This document shows, one piece after another, positions 38,344 to 50,055 of a DNA stretch of 64,000 bases; the first letter of the stretch is position 1; each line of letters begins with the position of its first letter. The position numbers were made by a program, and so were the translations under genes. The stretch is from Octopus vulgaris (lineage: Eukaryota): contig OX597840.1 of assembly GCA_951406725.2 (NCBI GenBank), positions 21,576,001-21,640,000 on the forward strand, in the 5' to 3' direction. Under the pieces are notes generated by a model, which saw only the letters and a list, made by a program, of their open reading frames with translations, was not told the DNA's origin and did no database searches.

Positions 38344-38450
38344 GCTGCAAAAATGGCAAAATACTCTAAAAAACAGACTCTCTGTGAGATTGTCTTTGGG
38401 GTATTTGCAGCTCTGTGGATGATATCCAGGCTGGGAATTTATCCATTTTG
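38344..38450 (+). CDS. CerS: Ceramide synthase exon
   Basis: taacag| ... |gtaagt; 107 nt; AAKMAKYSKKQTLCEIVFGVFAALWMISRLGIYPF(W). Confidence 0.96.
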
Positions 38451-38514
38451 GTAAGTGTTTTTTAATTACTTTTCAATTAATTAACCTTTATGCTTTTATA
38501 TATATATATATATC

Positions 38515-38790
38515 TTATAATTAAGGGCTAAAGAAGGTTATTCTATAGCCAATACACTGATTTATCCACTTATAATCCACTTGTTACAAGGAAATTGAAC
38601 TGAAAGCGGGCAACTAACCTTTAGAAAATTTAAATTTCGTTATCTCTATATTGAATCAATTTCGGAATTAATCCTATAAAGGATACATTCTTCTTCAGTA
38701 GAGCTTACGAGGGAATATAAATAAAATACTCACATGAGATTATTGAAAAAGCAGAGGCTAAAAACATAACTACATTTAAGTACATCATTT
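38515..38790 (-). mobile_element. ~275-bp element in (TA)n carrying a hammerhead; Penelope/retrozyme-like
   Basis: Unique block bounded by (TA)n on both sides with a central hammerhead fold. Confidence 0.6.
38644..38703 (-). ncRNA. Type I hammerhead ribozyme, near-intact
   Basis: Minus strand CTCTA-CTGAAGA-A-GAATGTATCCT-TTAT-AGGATTAATTC-C-GAAA-TTGA-T-TCAA-TA-TAGAG: stem I 5 bp, stem II 9 of 11 pairs (A.C mismatch at base), stem III ATTGA/TCAAT, AUA triplet. Confidence 0.8.
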
Positions 38791-38793
38791 ATA

Positions 38794-38826
<33 letters not shown>

Positions 38827-39246
38827 TCATTCAGTGTTTTAAATCCGGGTTTTGTCCCTGTTAATGGGGGTGGCCAGATCTGCTTCAATGCCATAGCAAT
38901 CAAGGTAGGCAGGTGCAGCCCACCCCAACCTTTGGGCTGGCTAGTGTCCATTCTTCTTTGCTATCAAAAAGCCTTTTTGGAGCTGGATTTTCTATGAGGA
39001 ACATACCCTTGTTTACACCCAACCGCAGTTTCTAGACATGAGTGGTCCCGAGACCAAGGCCTCTACCACAATTTTTGAATTGAATAATAGTAGTTTTTCC
39101 TGTAATTTATATTTTATATATTTATACTGTGAAATTTGATTCAATACTAAATTGAATTTTTCCCTGTAAGTTTGGAGTTATACTCCCTAATATTATTATT
39201 ATTATATATATATATATATATACACATATATATATATATATATATA

Positions 39247-39458
39247 ATGTGACCAGGTGTGTACCGTTGGCGATTTTTTTTTTCCTCCGTCTTCCCTTCC
39301 TTGGATCTTTCCTTTTCCTATGTTTCTAACGAAGAGCTCCGCTCGAAATGTTAAAACCTCCTTCTTTCTTTCCTTTCCTGAGTGTCCAATAACACTATAC
39401 TTGTTCCACGTCCTTGCGTTGTTGTGTTTTCTCTGTGTTTTCATGTTTGGATTAACAC
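39247..39458 (+). mobile_element. ~210-bp element in (TA)n with mutated hammerhead at 39322-39357
   Basis: GTTT-CTAACGA-A-GAGC-TCC-GCTC-GAAA-TG-TT-AAA; (TA)n on both sides. Confidence 0.6.
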
Positions 39459-39530
39459 TGTATATATACATATATATATAATGAATGTGTTTCCCATTGT
39501 TGCTCTGACCTGTTCCCCAATTGTTTGCAG

Positions 39531-39687
39531 GGTTCTCCGCTCGGTATATTTCGAAATACATGATCACATCGCCTCGTTTCCGTCATTCATAGTCTTTGCA
39601 AGTCTGTTGTTTATATTACAAATACTTCACATCGTTTGGACGTACATGATTATTAGGATAGCCTTCCAGAAATATACACATGGGCAG
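39531..39687 (+). CDS. CerS: Ceramide synthase exon (last TM region)
   Basis: ttgcag| ... |gtaagt; 157 nt; VLRSVYFEIHDHIASFPSFIVFASLLFILQILHIVWTYMIIRIAFQKYTHGQ. Confidence 0.96.
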
Positions 39688-40218
39688 GTAAGTCAAAGTA
39701 TCTTGTTTTTTTTTCTTCCCATACCACACATCATTTTTTTGCAATCAATCTTGTACATCAATCTGTCAGTTGGCCTTCTTGAAAAACTTGCCAAGCATCC
39801 CCTTCCTGTCACATATTTACCTTCTACCTTGGCCTCACATCTCTCTCTCTCCCTCTCTCTCTCTCTCCCTCTCTCTCTCTACCTCTCTCCCTCTCTCTCT
39901 CTACCTCTCTCTCTCCCTGGGAAGTCTTGTGTTTATCTCCTCATCCGGGCACTCGCACCTCTCCCTCTCTCTCACATTTTCATATCCCTCAATATCGAAC
40001 CCTACTAAATCAAGAATATTGTTTTGCAAGTGTTTAGGGATCTCACCAGTGCTGCTGTTGATGTCATTTAAAAAAGCTCTGTGTTTTGCTCAAGAACCGA
40101 ACTCCCGACCTTAAGATTGTTAGCCAAACACCCTAACCACAAAGCCAGATGCGTTCAAAGAGGCAGTGGATCACCAACTGCTGAAATGTGTTCAGTACTT
40201 ATTATCTTATCATCATCA

Positions 40219-40251
<33 letters not shown>

Positions 40252-40519
40252 GGACAGTGAGCTGGTAGAATCAATAGCACACAAAATGTCCAAAAGCTTT
40301 CCCTCCGTTCTGAGGTGGACTTTGCCATTCATCCTTTCAGGGTCAATAAAATAAATGCCAGGGGTGAGCACTGACATTGATGATATTAACTTACTCCTGC
40401 CCCTAAAACGGCTGACCTTCTGCTATAATCTGAAACCAGAGAACTAGAAGAATCATTAACACGTTCAACAAAATGCTTGGGACCATTTCTTCTGGTTTGC
40501 TATGTTCTCAGCAAAAGCA

Positions 40520-41140
40520 GAGAGATGGCAGAATCGTTAAGACGCTGGGCGAAATGCTTAGCGGTATTTAGTCTGCCGCTACGTTCTGAGTTCAAATTCC
40601 GCCGAGGTTGACTTTGCCTTTCATCCTTTCGGGGTCGATTAAATAAGTACCAGTTACGCTCTGGGGTCAATGTAATCGACTTAATCTGTTTACTCTTTAC
40701 TCTTTTACTTGTTTCAGTCATTTGACTGCGGCCATGCTGGAGCACCGCCTTTAGTCGAGCAAATCGACCCCGGGACTTATTCTTTGTAAGCCCAGTACTT
40801 ATCCTATCGGTCTCTTTTGCTGAACTGCTAAGTGACGGGGACGTAAACACACCAGCATCGGTTGTCAAGCAATGCTAGGGGGACAAACACAGACACACAC
40901 ACATATACATATATACAACAGGCTTCTTTCAGTCTCCGTCTACCAAATCCACTCACAAGGCATTGGTCGGCCCGAGGCTATAGTAGAAGGCACTTGCCCA
41001 AGGTGTCACGCAGTGGGACTGAACCCGGAACCATGTGGTTGGTTAGCAAGCTACTTACCACACAGCCACTCCTGCGCCTGTTTGTCTGTCCTTGTTTGTC
41101 CCTTCTATGTTTAGCCCCTTGTGGGCAGTAAAGAAATAAG
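40520..41140. mobile_element. SINE B (+) interrupted by a full-length SINE A (-, ~40692-41078)
   Basis: B sequence stops at GACTTAATCTGTTT and resumes at TGTTTGTCTGTCC; TGTTT duplicated. Confidence 0.85.
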
Positions 41141-41335
41141 AAAGTGAGAGGTATGGCTGTGTGGATAAGAAGTTTGCTTCCCCAACCCCCTGGTTCCAGG
41201 TTCAGTCTCTTATAGCCCCAGGGTCAGAGAAATATGGTAACAAAAGGGTTAAATTTAGTCAAAACTTTTTCTTTTTTTTCTTTTTTTCATTTTCTTTTCA
41301 CAGCAAAGTTGTATCTTGTTGTTTGTTTGTTTTAG

Positions 41336-41497
41336 ATCAACCAAGATGTGCGCAGCGACACCGAAGAGGAAGACGATGACGACGACTTTATTGACGAGAC
41401 GACGGTGCCTCCCGTCACCAACCATGTAACATCCAACAACACACCAAAGGCAAAGAGGCGCCTCGTAGACGGCCATAACTCTATCAATCAATCTTAA
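41336..41497 (+). CDS. CerS: Ceramide synthase terminal coding exon
   Basis: ttttag|; INQDVRSDTEEEDDDDDF...NQS* with the conserved DxRSDxE motif and acidic tail; TAA at 41495-41497. Confidence 0.94.
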   Translation: MNQDVRSDTEEEDDDDDFIDETTVPPVTNHVTSNNTPKAKRRLVDGHNSINQS

Positions 41498-41511
41498 AGA
41501 AACACATTTTA

Positions 41512-41561
<50 letters not shown>

Positions 41562-42125
41562 TATAAGCACACATACATACTTACACACATATATAAATAA
41601 CAAATTTTTCCTTAAAGAAAGAAATGAAATGCCCCCACCCCCCCTTATTTTTTATTTCTTTACATTTTTGGGTTTTTTTCCGTGTGACTGTTCTATTTTG
41701 TTTCTCCTCATTTTGTTTATCTTAAATTTATTTTTTAATTTATTACTGAAATTATTGTCATTGTGGTACCTTTTTTTTTGCTAAGTTTTTCCCCTTTTTT
41801 TTTTTTTAAGAAAAAAAAAACGAACCACAGACTTGTCGACCCTTCTTTTGCCCGTCCCCCCCTGCAGCCCATTCTTCCACCCACCCAATCCCCCTGTTCT
41901 CTCTTCCCAGTTGTTGCAGCATCTCTTCTATAAATATACGTTCACAGGTACAGCATGACCATCACTACTTCCAGTTCTCTTGTATGGGATGCCCCCACAT
42001 CATCCTCAAGCAGACACACCTCACTTCTTGCCCTCCACCCCCCAATATCTCAAAAGCTTTCTTTCTATTATTAAAAAACAATCAAAGCAACGTTTTTATA
42101 TTCCCAGTAAATCTTATCCTTTGAC

Positions 42126-42290
42126 CGACCTGCTGCACAGAGCGACCTGCTGCACAGAGCAACCTGGTGCACAGAGCGACCTACTGCATAGAGCAACCTG
42201 GTACACAGAGCGACTTGGTGCACAGAACGACCTGCTGCACAGAGCGACCTGGTGCACAGAGCGACCTGCTGCACAGAGCGACCTGGTGCA
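42126..42290. repeat. 17-bp minisatellite, ~9.7 copies
   Basis: Unit CGACCTG(C/G)TGCACAGAG. Confidence 0.95.
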
Positions 42291-45200
42291 TCTGTGGTTG
42301 ACCTAATGTTTATTGCATCTGGTGCATCTGGTGGCCAGATGCACTGGCTGTAAAAAATCTTGAACCAAATTCAACGATTATTTTTTTCTTTAACATATCT
42401 ATCATTCCTGAGAAAGCCATGACTGCCACAACTTCTTGTTCCTCTTTTGTCATATCTTAATGATAAATCCTCTGACCTCTCAATAAGTAATAATTAATAA
42501 TATTAGATTGCAAGGTGACGAGCTAGCAGAACAATTAAGGAAAATGCTTAACAGCAATTCCTCCGTTTTTGTGTTCTGGGTTCAAATGCTGCTGGGTTTG
42601 ACTTTGGCTTTTAATCCTTTCAGGGTCTGTAAAATAAGTACCAGTCATGTTCTGGTGCTTATTTTATCAACCACCAAATTTCAGATCTTTGTGCCTATAG
42701 TAGACAGGCTTATTATTATTATTATTATTCCACCGAGGTCAACTCTGCCTTTCATCATTTTCGGGGTCGCTAAAATAAGAACCAGCTGAGCAAGCTAGTT
42801 ATTATTATTATTATAGGACACACGACCCAGTGGTTAGGGTGTTGCACTGACAATCACAAGATCGTGGTTTCAACTCCAAGACAGGGTGGTGCGCTCTGCA
42901 ATCACTTTTACACCTGACATGTGGCACACCATGCACCTGTTCAGGTAATGCCGATTTGATGGAGGCAGTGAGCTAATGTATGGCACAAACATTTGACCCC
43001 TGTAAACAAAGAGTTTGTGTGGGTCGTTCGGCAAAAGCTGGACATTCATACATCTTTGACAGGAGAGTCCGTCATCATTATTATTATTGAGTGGTGATTT
43101 AGTGGGAACAAGAGAGCTGAAGTTACATAGAGCTCTTCACATCTCTTTTGGCTTCAACTATAAACAGGAGGGATCATGGCAGGGTACATTTGTACGTAGG
43201 GCACCCAGTGGGGTATCACAAGGAGGTAGATATACAGTTCCTAACTGTGAGTTGTGGGTGTAGAGATAACCCCAGGTTATCTAAGGTTTGTACCTATTTG
43301 TTAACCTTGCAGTGTCATGTGGAAAATCCTATCAAGGGGTCTGGAAAAGGGTGATATAGGGGTCATAGGAGGAACCATTTTCTCTCTATATCATCCCCTG
43401 TATCACAACATGAACTAAATTTCAATGATGTTCCGACAACCTAATGACGGACTATGAGTGATTGTATATAGAACATACCTTGCGTTCATTTTCTTTTGAA
43501 TATTAAGAAAAATAAAGGATGTTTTCTTTCTTTCCAACCTTATTTCCCCCACCCTCTCCTTTATGTCTGCAATAATTTCCCCCTTTTTTTCATTATTGTT
43601 TTTTTTCTCCTCTAATTATTAAATCAGAAGAAGAGAAAGAAAAAAATGCACAATTTTTTTTTTCTAAATTGGTTGTACATGAAGTAAAATTTTTTAAAAT
43701 TTATTTTCAAAAATCTATGGAATGTGATTTTGGGGTTTGGGAGGGAGGGTCTAGGAAGCTGGGGTTATAAAGGACCTCATAAACTTTGTACAGGTGTGGG
43801 TGTGATATATGTTGTGTGGTGAGGAAGGATGAGAGCAGAGAATTTGAACTTGCTTATTCTATCACCGTGGTAGACAAGGTTATTCTAGGGGGTTTTCTGT
43901 TTTTTTCCTTATTTTTGTAGGGGAGGGCACAGTGTGTGTGTAGAGGGGGTGGGATTGTTCATAATTTATTATTATTATTATTATTATTAGGACAGCAAGC
44001 TGGCAGAACGATTAGCACACCGGACAAACTACTCAGTGTCTTTACGTTCTGAGTTCAAATGCTGCTGAGGTCGACTTTGTTTTTCATCCTTTTGGGGTCG
44101 ATAAGTTAAGTACCAGTTGTGTACTGGAGTCGATGTAATCAACTAGCCCCCTCCCCCAAATTTCAGGCCTTGTACTTATAGTAGAAAGGATTACTATTAT
44201 TATTATTATTATTATTATTATTAAGGAGGCTCGTTAGCCTACTGGACAAATGCTGAGTGACATTTAGGAGAAAGCATAATTATTTCTGAGGTGAATGGAT
44301 TAGCAAAATATGTAGTGTTGGATGAATCAAAAAAAATAAAGGCCTTTTGGTATTTAGTTACGTTCCTTTTATGTTCAGAGTTCAAATCCCTGGGGTCAAA
44401 TTTGCCTTTCAACCTCTCTCTCTCTCTGGTAGGAAATAGTCAATAAAAAAAGGAACCAATCAAGTACCCGGTAGGGGTCAATTTACTCAACTGTAATCCC
44501 TTCTGCTGCTAATCATGAAATTCATATCAGTGGGCCTATGTTAAAAATCATCATCATCATCATCATTACAATAGTTGTATTAATATTATTACTTTTATAA
44601 GTGGCCGGATGGCAGAATTGTTAGCGTGCCAGAGAAAATGTTAAACAGCATTTCTTCTGGCTTAGCGTTCCGAGTTCAAATTCCGCCAAGGTCAAGTTTG
44701 TCTTTCATCCTTTCGGGGGTCGATAAATTAAGTACCTGTTGAGTACTGAAGTCGATTACATTGACTACCCCCCCTACCCCCAATTTCAGACCTTGTGCCT
44801 AAAGTAGAAAGAATTCTTATTGTTAATTAAGGCAGTGAATCGTTAGCATGTCGGGCGAAATGCTTAGCAACATTTCAGCCATCTTCATGTTCTGAGTTCA
44901 AATTCTGCTGAGGTCGACTGTGCCTTTCATCTTTTTGGGGTTGATAAATTATGTACCACTGAAATACTGGGGTCAATGTAATCAACTAGTCCCCTTCTCC
45001 TAAATTTCTGGCCTTGTGCCTTTAGTGAAAAGGATATCATTATTATTATTAGTGAATTTCATAATTATGAAAAGAGAAGTTCCCGATAACCATCATGATA
45101 CCTGAATACTTTGCAATAATTAGCATCGTTCCTTTATTCCCAAATTCAGTTCCTGCAATTATCAGTTTTGATTTTTCATTTTTCCCACAACTGACCCTAT

Positions 45201-45651
45201 AAATACCAGTCAAAAATTCTTTGACCAACTCAGTCGAATTTCCATGCAAATGTCTGCCCAGATTCATTCTCCAAAGCTAGAAATTAACCATCATCATCGT
45301 CTTTCCTATGTCTGCCCAGATGCATTCTTCTCATCCACTCGCTCGTTGTTGTTCAACTCCTGAGAAAAACAAAAGAAGCCTCGTTTCATAATTTAGTGTT
45401 TATTTCAAATATTCTCCTTGTTTGGTTTTATTTGATGTGAAAAGAAAAGGTTCCATATTTAAGGCTTTGTATCTCAAGTGTTTCATTTCTGACATCCCTG
45501 AACCCTAACTGCAGCACTAAAACTCATCAACTATTTGGGGTTTTTTTGAGGGGTGTGGGTTTTAAAGTCAATCACCTCAATGTAATCGCCATTCCAGCCA
45601 TCTTTCCACTAAATGACATGCAACATAGGTGACCGATACCCTTTCTTTTTG

Positions 45652-45752
45652 TAACTGACCACACAGCCGAGCTGTCTAACATTTGCACTAATTGACCCTG
45701 CGACTAAGCTGTCTTGACATATGCACTAACTGACTGCACAGCCAAGCTGTCC
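45652..45752. repeat. ~37-bp tandem repeat, ~2.7 diverged copies
   Basis: Recurring TAA(C/T)TGAC...AGCTGTC...TGCAC. Confidence 0.7.
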
Positions 45753-48700
45753 ATCACACCCACACAACCATTCCTATCACTTTACCCCCACCCTTCTATA
45801 TAAACAGGGGGTTACCATTGACAGTGTATACCATGTAATAATTTTGGTTTCCTCTCTTCTACCGTTTTTCTCTCTGTCTCACTCCCTTATTGCTCACACC
45901 CCTCCCACTTTCTCTTTCATTAATTAGGGTTTTTATGCCAAAACAATATATTCTCATATTCCTTAGATGTCTGTGAACGCCCTCACGAATGTCTGACCCC
46001 TAGCTTACGCACATGTGTCAAACTATATCAGTGCAGATGAAGTAAGAGCATGCTTGTGTGCATTTCAGAAGAACTGGTTTTGGATGAGCAGGACCTTTTT
46101 TTTTTGCTCATAGTTGGCCTTTAGGTATTTAGTTAGATCCCTTTTTTTATCTTCTGATTTCTTTTTTTTTTTTCTTTTCACAACCATGATGGGGAAAAAA
46201 ATTGAAACTGCTGCTTTGCATAAAAATCATTTGCAAGTTCCTCTAGACTTTAGATGTTTCTTTGACTTATAAACTTGGAATTGAAATACCCAGAACCCCT
46301 TTCATTTTGGGCGGTCGTAAATTACGGGAGCATAAATACTTTACCAAACATGTAGGGACACTTGGGTTTCTTTTTTTTTTTTTCTTTTTTCTTTTTTGGT
46401 TTTACCTGACCTACTCTGGATTTCAACAAAATTCTCTCAAATTGTCCAGAGCCCTATTTGCGGGCCCTTTTGTCAACTCAAGGCTGTGTATATGCTTAAA
46501 CACGCACACACACACTTTACACATATAAATACTGTCATCAATTCGGTGTATTTTGATTCAGTTGATGTCTGATTTTGTTTCATGCAAACCTCTTCATACC
46601 GTGGGGCCTTGAGCCCTCCCTGCTCCCAAATAAAACATTTTTGGATCATTTCATTTTTGTAAGGAAGTCTCCCATTCTTTTCAAAAGTAGTGCTACAGCT
46701 TGGCCTTGGTTGTAACAATTATTAAAACAAATTAACAAACCCTTCGATATCTTTGTGCCAACTTCTGCAGCTTCGATTCTTGATATCAGCTGATAATTAA
46801 GTTGTTTAAATTAACAACAAGCTAATTACCTCGAATTGTATCTTTTTATGTATTTCTTTTTTGCAAAAGAGAAGGTGAGGCGTGCGCTTTACTGTTGTCC
46901 TTTTTCTTTAACCCTAATCAAACCGACCTGTGATTGGAAACATTCCAATAGCGACAATAACCATTTTCCTACATTTTCCCTCCCTGGAATGCCTTTGATC
47001 TTTGGTCTCCTTAATTGGTTCTGATCTGATGCTAAACAACAGCAAGGTATTGCGGACCAGAACAAGACATTGTATCAGGCAGGATGCCAAGGTCCATTTC
47101 AGTGCTTAAGTAGATGGAAGCCCATTATGTATGTGTGTGTGTGTGTGTACCTGGTGTGATATATATATCCACCCATAAGTCATTTTATTATTAAAATTAA
47201 AAGTTTTAGGTTTTAGCTAATGAAAGGCACAAGTATGGCTGTGTGGTAAGAAGCTTGCTTCTCATACACATGGTTCCAGGTTCAGTCCCACTGCATGGCA
47301 CAAGTCCTGGGGTCAGTCGATTTGATTAAAAGGAAATTCTTCAAGGTGGTGCCCTAGCATGGCCACAGTCTAATGACTGAAACAAAGCTACATACATCAA
47401 TCATGAAGCAAAACAAAAATCTAAACATAAAAAGAAGAAAGTTATTTTACTGAATTCTTCGTAATTTCCAAAATTTACTGAAATAAATGCAGGGAATTTG
47501 GTAACAAAAGCGTTGACCCTTTTGATACCAACCCACCTAACCCCAACCCTAGTTCTATGATGCAAACTTCCATCAAAATGTCCCCTTAATTTATGTTCCA
47601 AATATCAGCTTAATTATGAAAACAATTATTTTTCCTGAATTCTTCACTCTTTTCCAAATTTATTGAAAGAAACAAAACGGTTCCAGTGCGGTTGCCATGG
47701 TTACACAGTCGAAATAAAAACAGGTGTTTTGTTCTAAAAGCCATCAGCCATGTCTGTGTCTCACCGTTTCCTTCTCCACGATTGGTGCAGTGGATACTCA
47801 GTGCTTCAGGATAATATCTTGTTGCTCTCTCATTAAAGAGTACTATAATCAAAAGCGTTCCACACATGACCATCCTGTCATTTTTGAAGTCTCAAAGACT
47901 ACATTATTCAATATGTGCTTTGTGTTTTCAAAATGGTAGGATGTGATTTGAGGGAGATTTAGCTGTTATTTCTAGCAAGTAGGACAATCATCCCCAGACC
48001 CAAGCCCTGTCGCTCCTTCCGGAAGATAATTCTCTTCTCCAATAATAAGTAGGAAGAGTCCATTTTAGTTGTGTGAGCTAACAAACATTTTCCCAGTATT
48101 TACAATACTCTTATTGCTTGTAGGTGTGAACACCCCTATTTACAGCTGAGTGGACTGGTCTATTGTGCATCAGATGTCTTGGTCGTTGAAACACACTGCT
48201 GATGGTGGGGGGGGGGACACAGACTGCTGTCTTTTCAGTTGGTTATTTAGTACCCTAGTCACTCAACCATCCATCCATCCACCAGTACACACATTAACAA
48301 CGTGTGTGTGTGTGTGTGGTATGAGGTGGCAGAATGGTTAGCATGCTGGGAAAATGCTCAGCATATTTCTTCCAATTCTACATTCTGAGTTCAAATGCTG
48401 CTGAGGTCAACTTTTCCTTACATTCTCTGGGACGGGGTGGGGGTCGATAAAATAGGCACAAGTTGAGGGGGTGGGGCAATGTAATTGACTAGTCCCCTGC
48501 TTCACCCCCTCCCCAAAATTTCTGGCCTTGTGCCAATAGTAGAAAGGATGTGTGTGTGTATGCATATATATATACTTTTTTTTTATATGTGGGTTAACAG
48601 GGCTACCAACGGTTTCATGCAATATTAGCCTGTATGTGTGTGTGTATATATGTGGATGTATGTTTGTGTGTGTATATGTACCTGCATGTATGTATAAACC

Positions 48701-50014
48701 TGTAAGGGATGTACCAACAAGTAGACAAGAATTCTGTATAATTTAGAGTTGATACATTTATTCAAAACAAGCTTCATTCCATCATTACTCAACTCCTTCT
48801 GATCATCAGTCATTAATCAATCCCCCGATCATCAGTCATTCATCAGTCTCCCCATTATTATTATTATTATCATCATCATCATCACAGCTATCATCACTCA
48901 GTCTCCCTCACTGGAGCATCAGAACAAATGATTTTACAGCATTTGTGTCTGGCTCTTAACATTCTGAGTTCAAATCCCGCCGAGGTCAACTTTGTTTTCC
49001 ATCCTTTTGGTTGGGGGGTGGGATCAGTATAATAAAGTGCCAGTCATGCGCTGGGGTTCAACAGTAACCGATGACGTCCCCACACCCCACCCTCCCCTGA
49101 AATTACTGGCCCTGGATGAAAATTTGAAACGGTTTTTATCTCGCGTGTTGCTACACAGTTCCGATCGTATTCTTCGAATCCCCTTGTGGGACGATGAACA
49201 GGGAACTCAAAACGGGGGCAGAGAAGCCTCAGATTCAAGTAGATGTGGTTTTGTACGTACACACACACATATCACCTATATCCTGTGTGTACGCTTACAT
49301 GTACAACTGCTGACGATGAGCTTGGAGCCCTACATAGGCTATCATAACCTGGCCTACCCCCAGTTGAATGGTCCCTTATATCATACACACACAGACGCAC
49401 ACACATAATGTCAAGAGAGGAATGAGTGGTTGTGAAAGAAATTATTTGGTAGTGAATAGAGACCTCATTTTCTTACAAAAAATAAATAACAACAGTAATA
49501 TTTTTGTATCGTCTATTTTTTTTAATTATGAAACAAAAGTGTTTGATTTAATCATCTCTCTCTCTTCGAATCCCTCATTAATTACGAAAAACTACTGCTG
49601 TCAACTATTTTTACTTCCTTGCTCTTTGAGTATCTTGCCATCTTCATATCAATGTCCAAAACTTCTTTGATAAGAGAAGAAAAAAAATAGTTTAGAAAAA
49701 ATTGTGCCATTCTTTATTGCAAGTTTACTGGTCTTTCTTGAATTCTTCTCAGATTGTTCTTGTTGGTGTTGTTCTTCTTATTATTATTATTATCATATAG
49801 TGTGGTGAGCTGGCAGAATCATTACCACGCTGGGCGAAATGCTTAGAGGCATTTCGCCCAGTTTTACATTCTGAGTTCAAATCCTGCTGAGGTCGACTTT
49901 GCTTTCCATGCTTTCAGAAGTTGATCAAATAAGTACCAGTTGGCCACTGGGGGTTGATGTAGTCAACTACTTCCCCAACAACCATTTTCAGGCCTTGTGC
50001 TCATAATAGAAAAG

Positions 50015-50055
<41 letters not shown>

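Noticed and set aside
39382-40008. 208-aa ORF as a stand-alone gene
   Set aside because: Only 39531-39687 is a CerS exon; the flanks are repeat and intron read-through
41304-41335. Upstream acceptor ttcacag| for the last CerS exon
   Set aside because: Adds 32 nt, shifting the frame and losing DxRSD; no evidence of use
42126-42290. CRISPR-like array or metal-response-element cluster
   Set aside because: Contiguous units without unique spacers in a eukaryotic context; TGCACAG does not match the MRE core TGCRCNC
49305-49345. CTGACGA followed by a weak hairpin as a hammerhead
   Set aside because: The GAAA and stem I/III elements are absent
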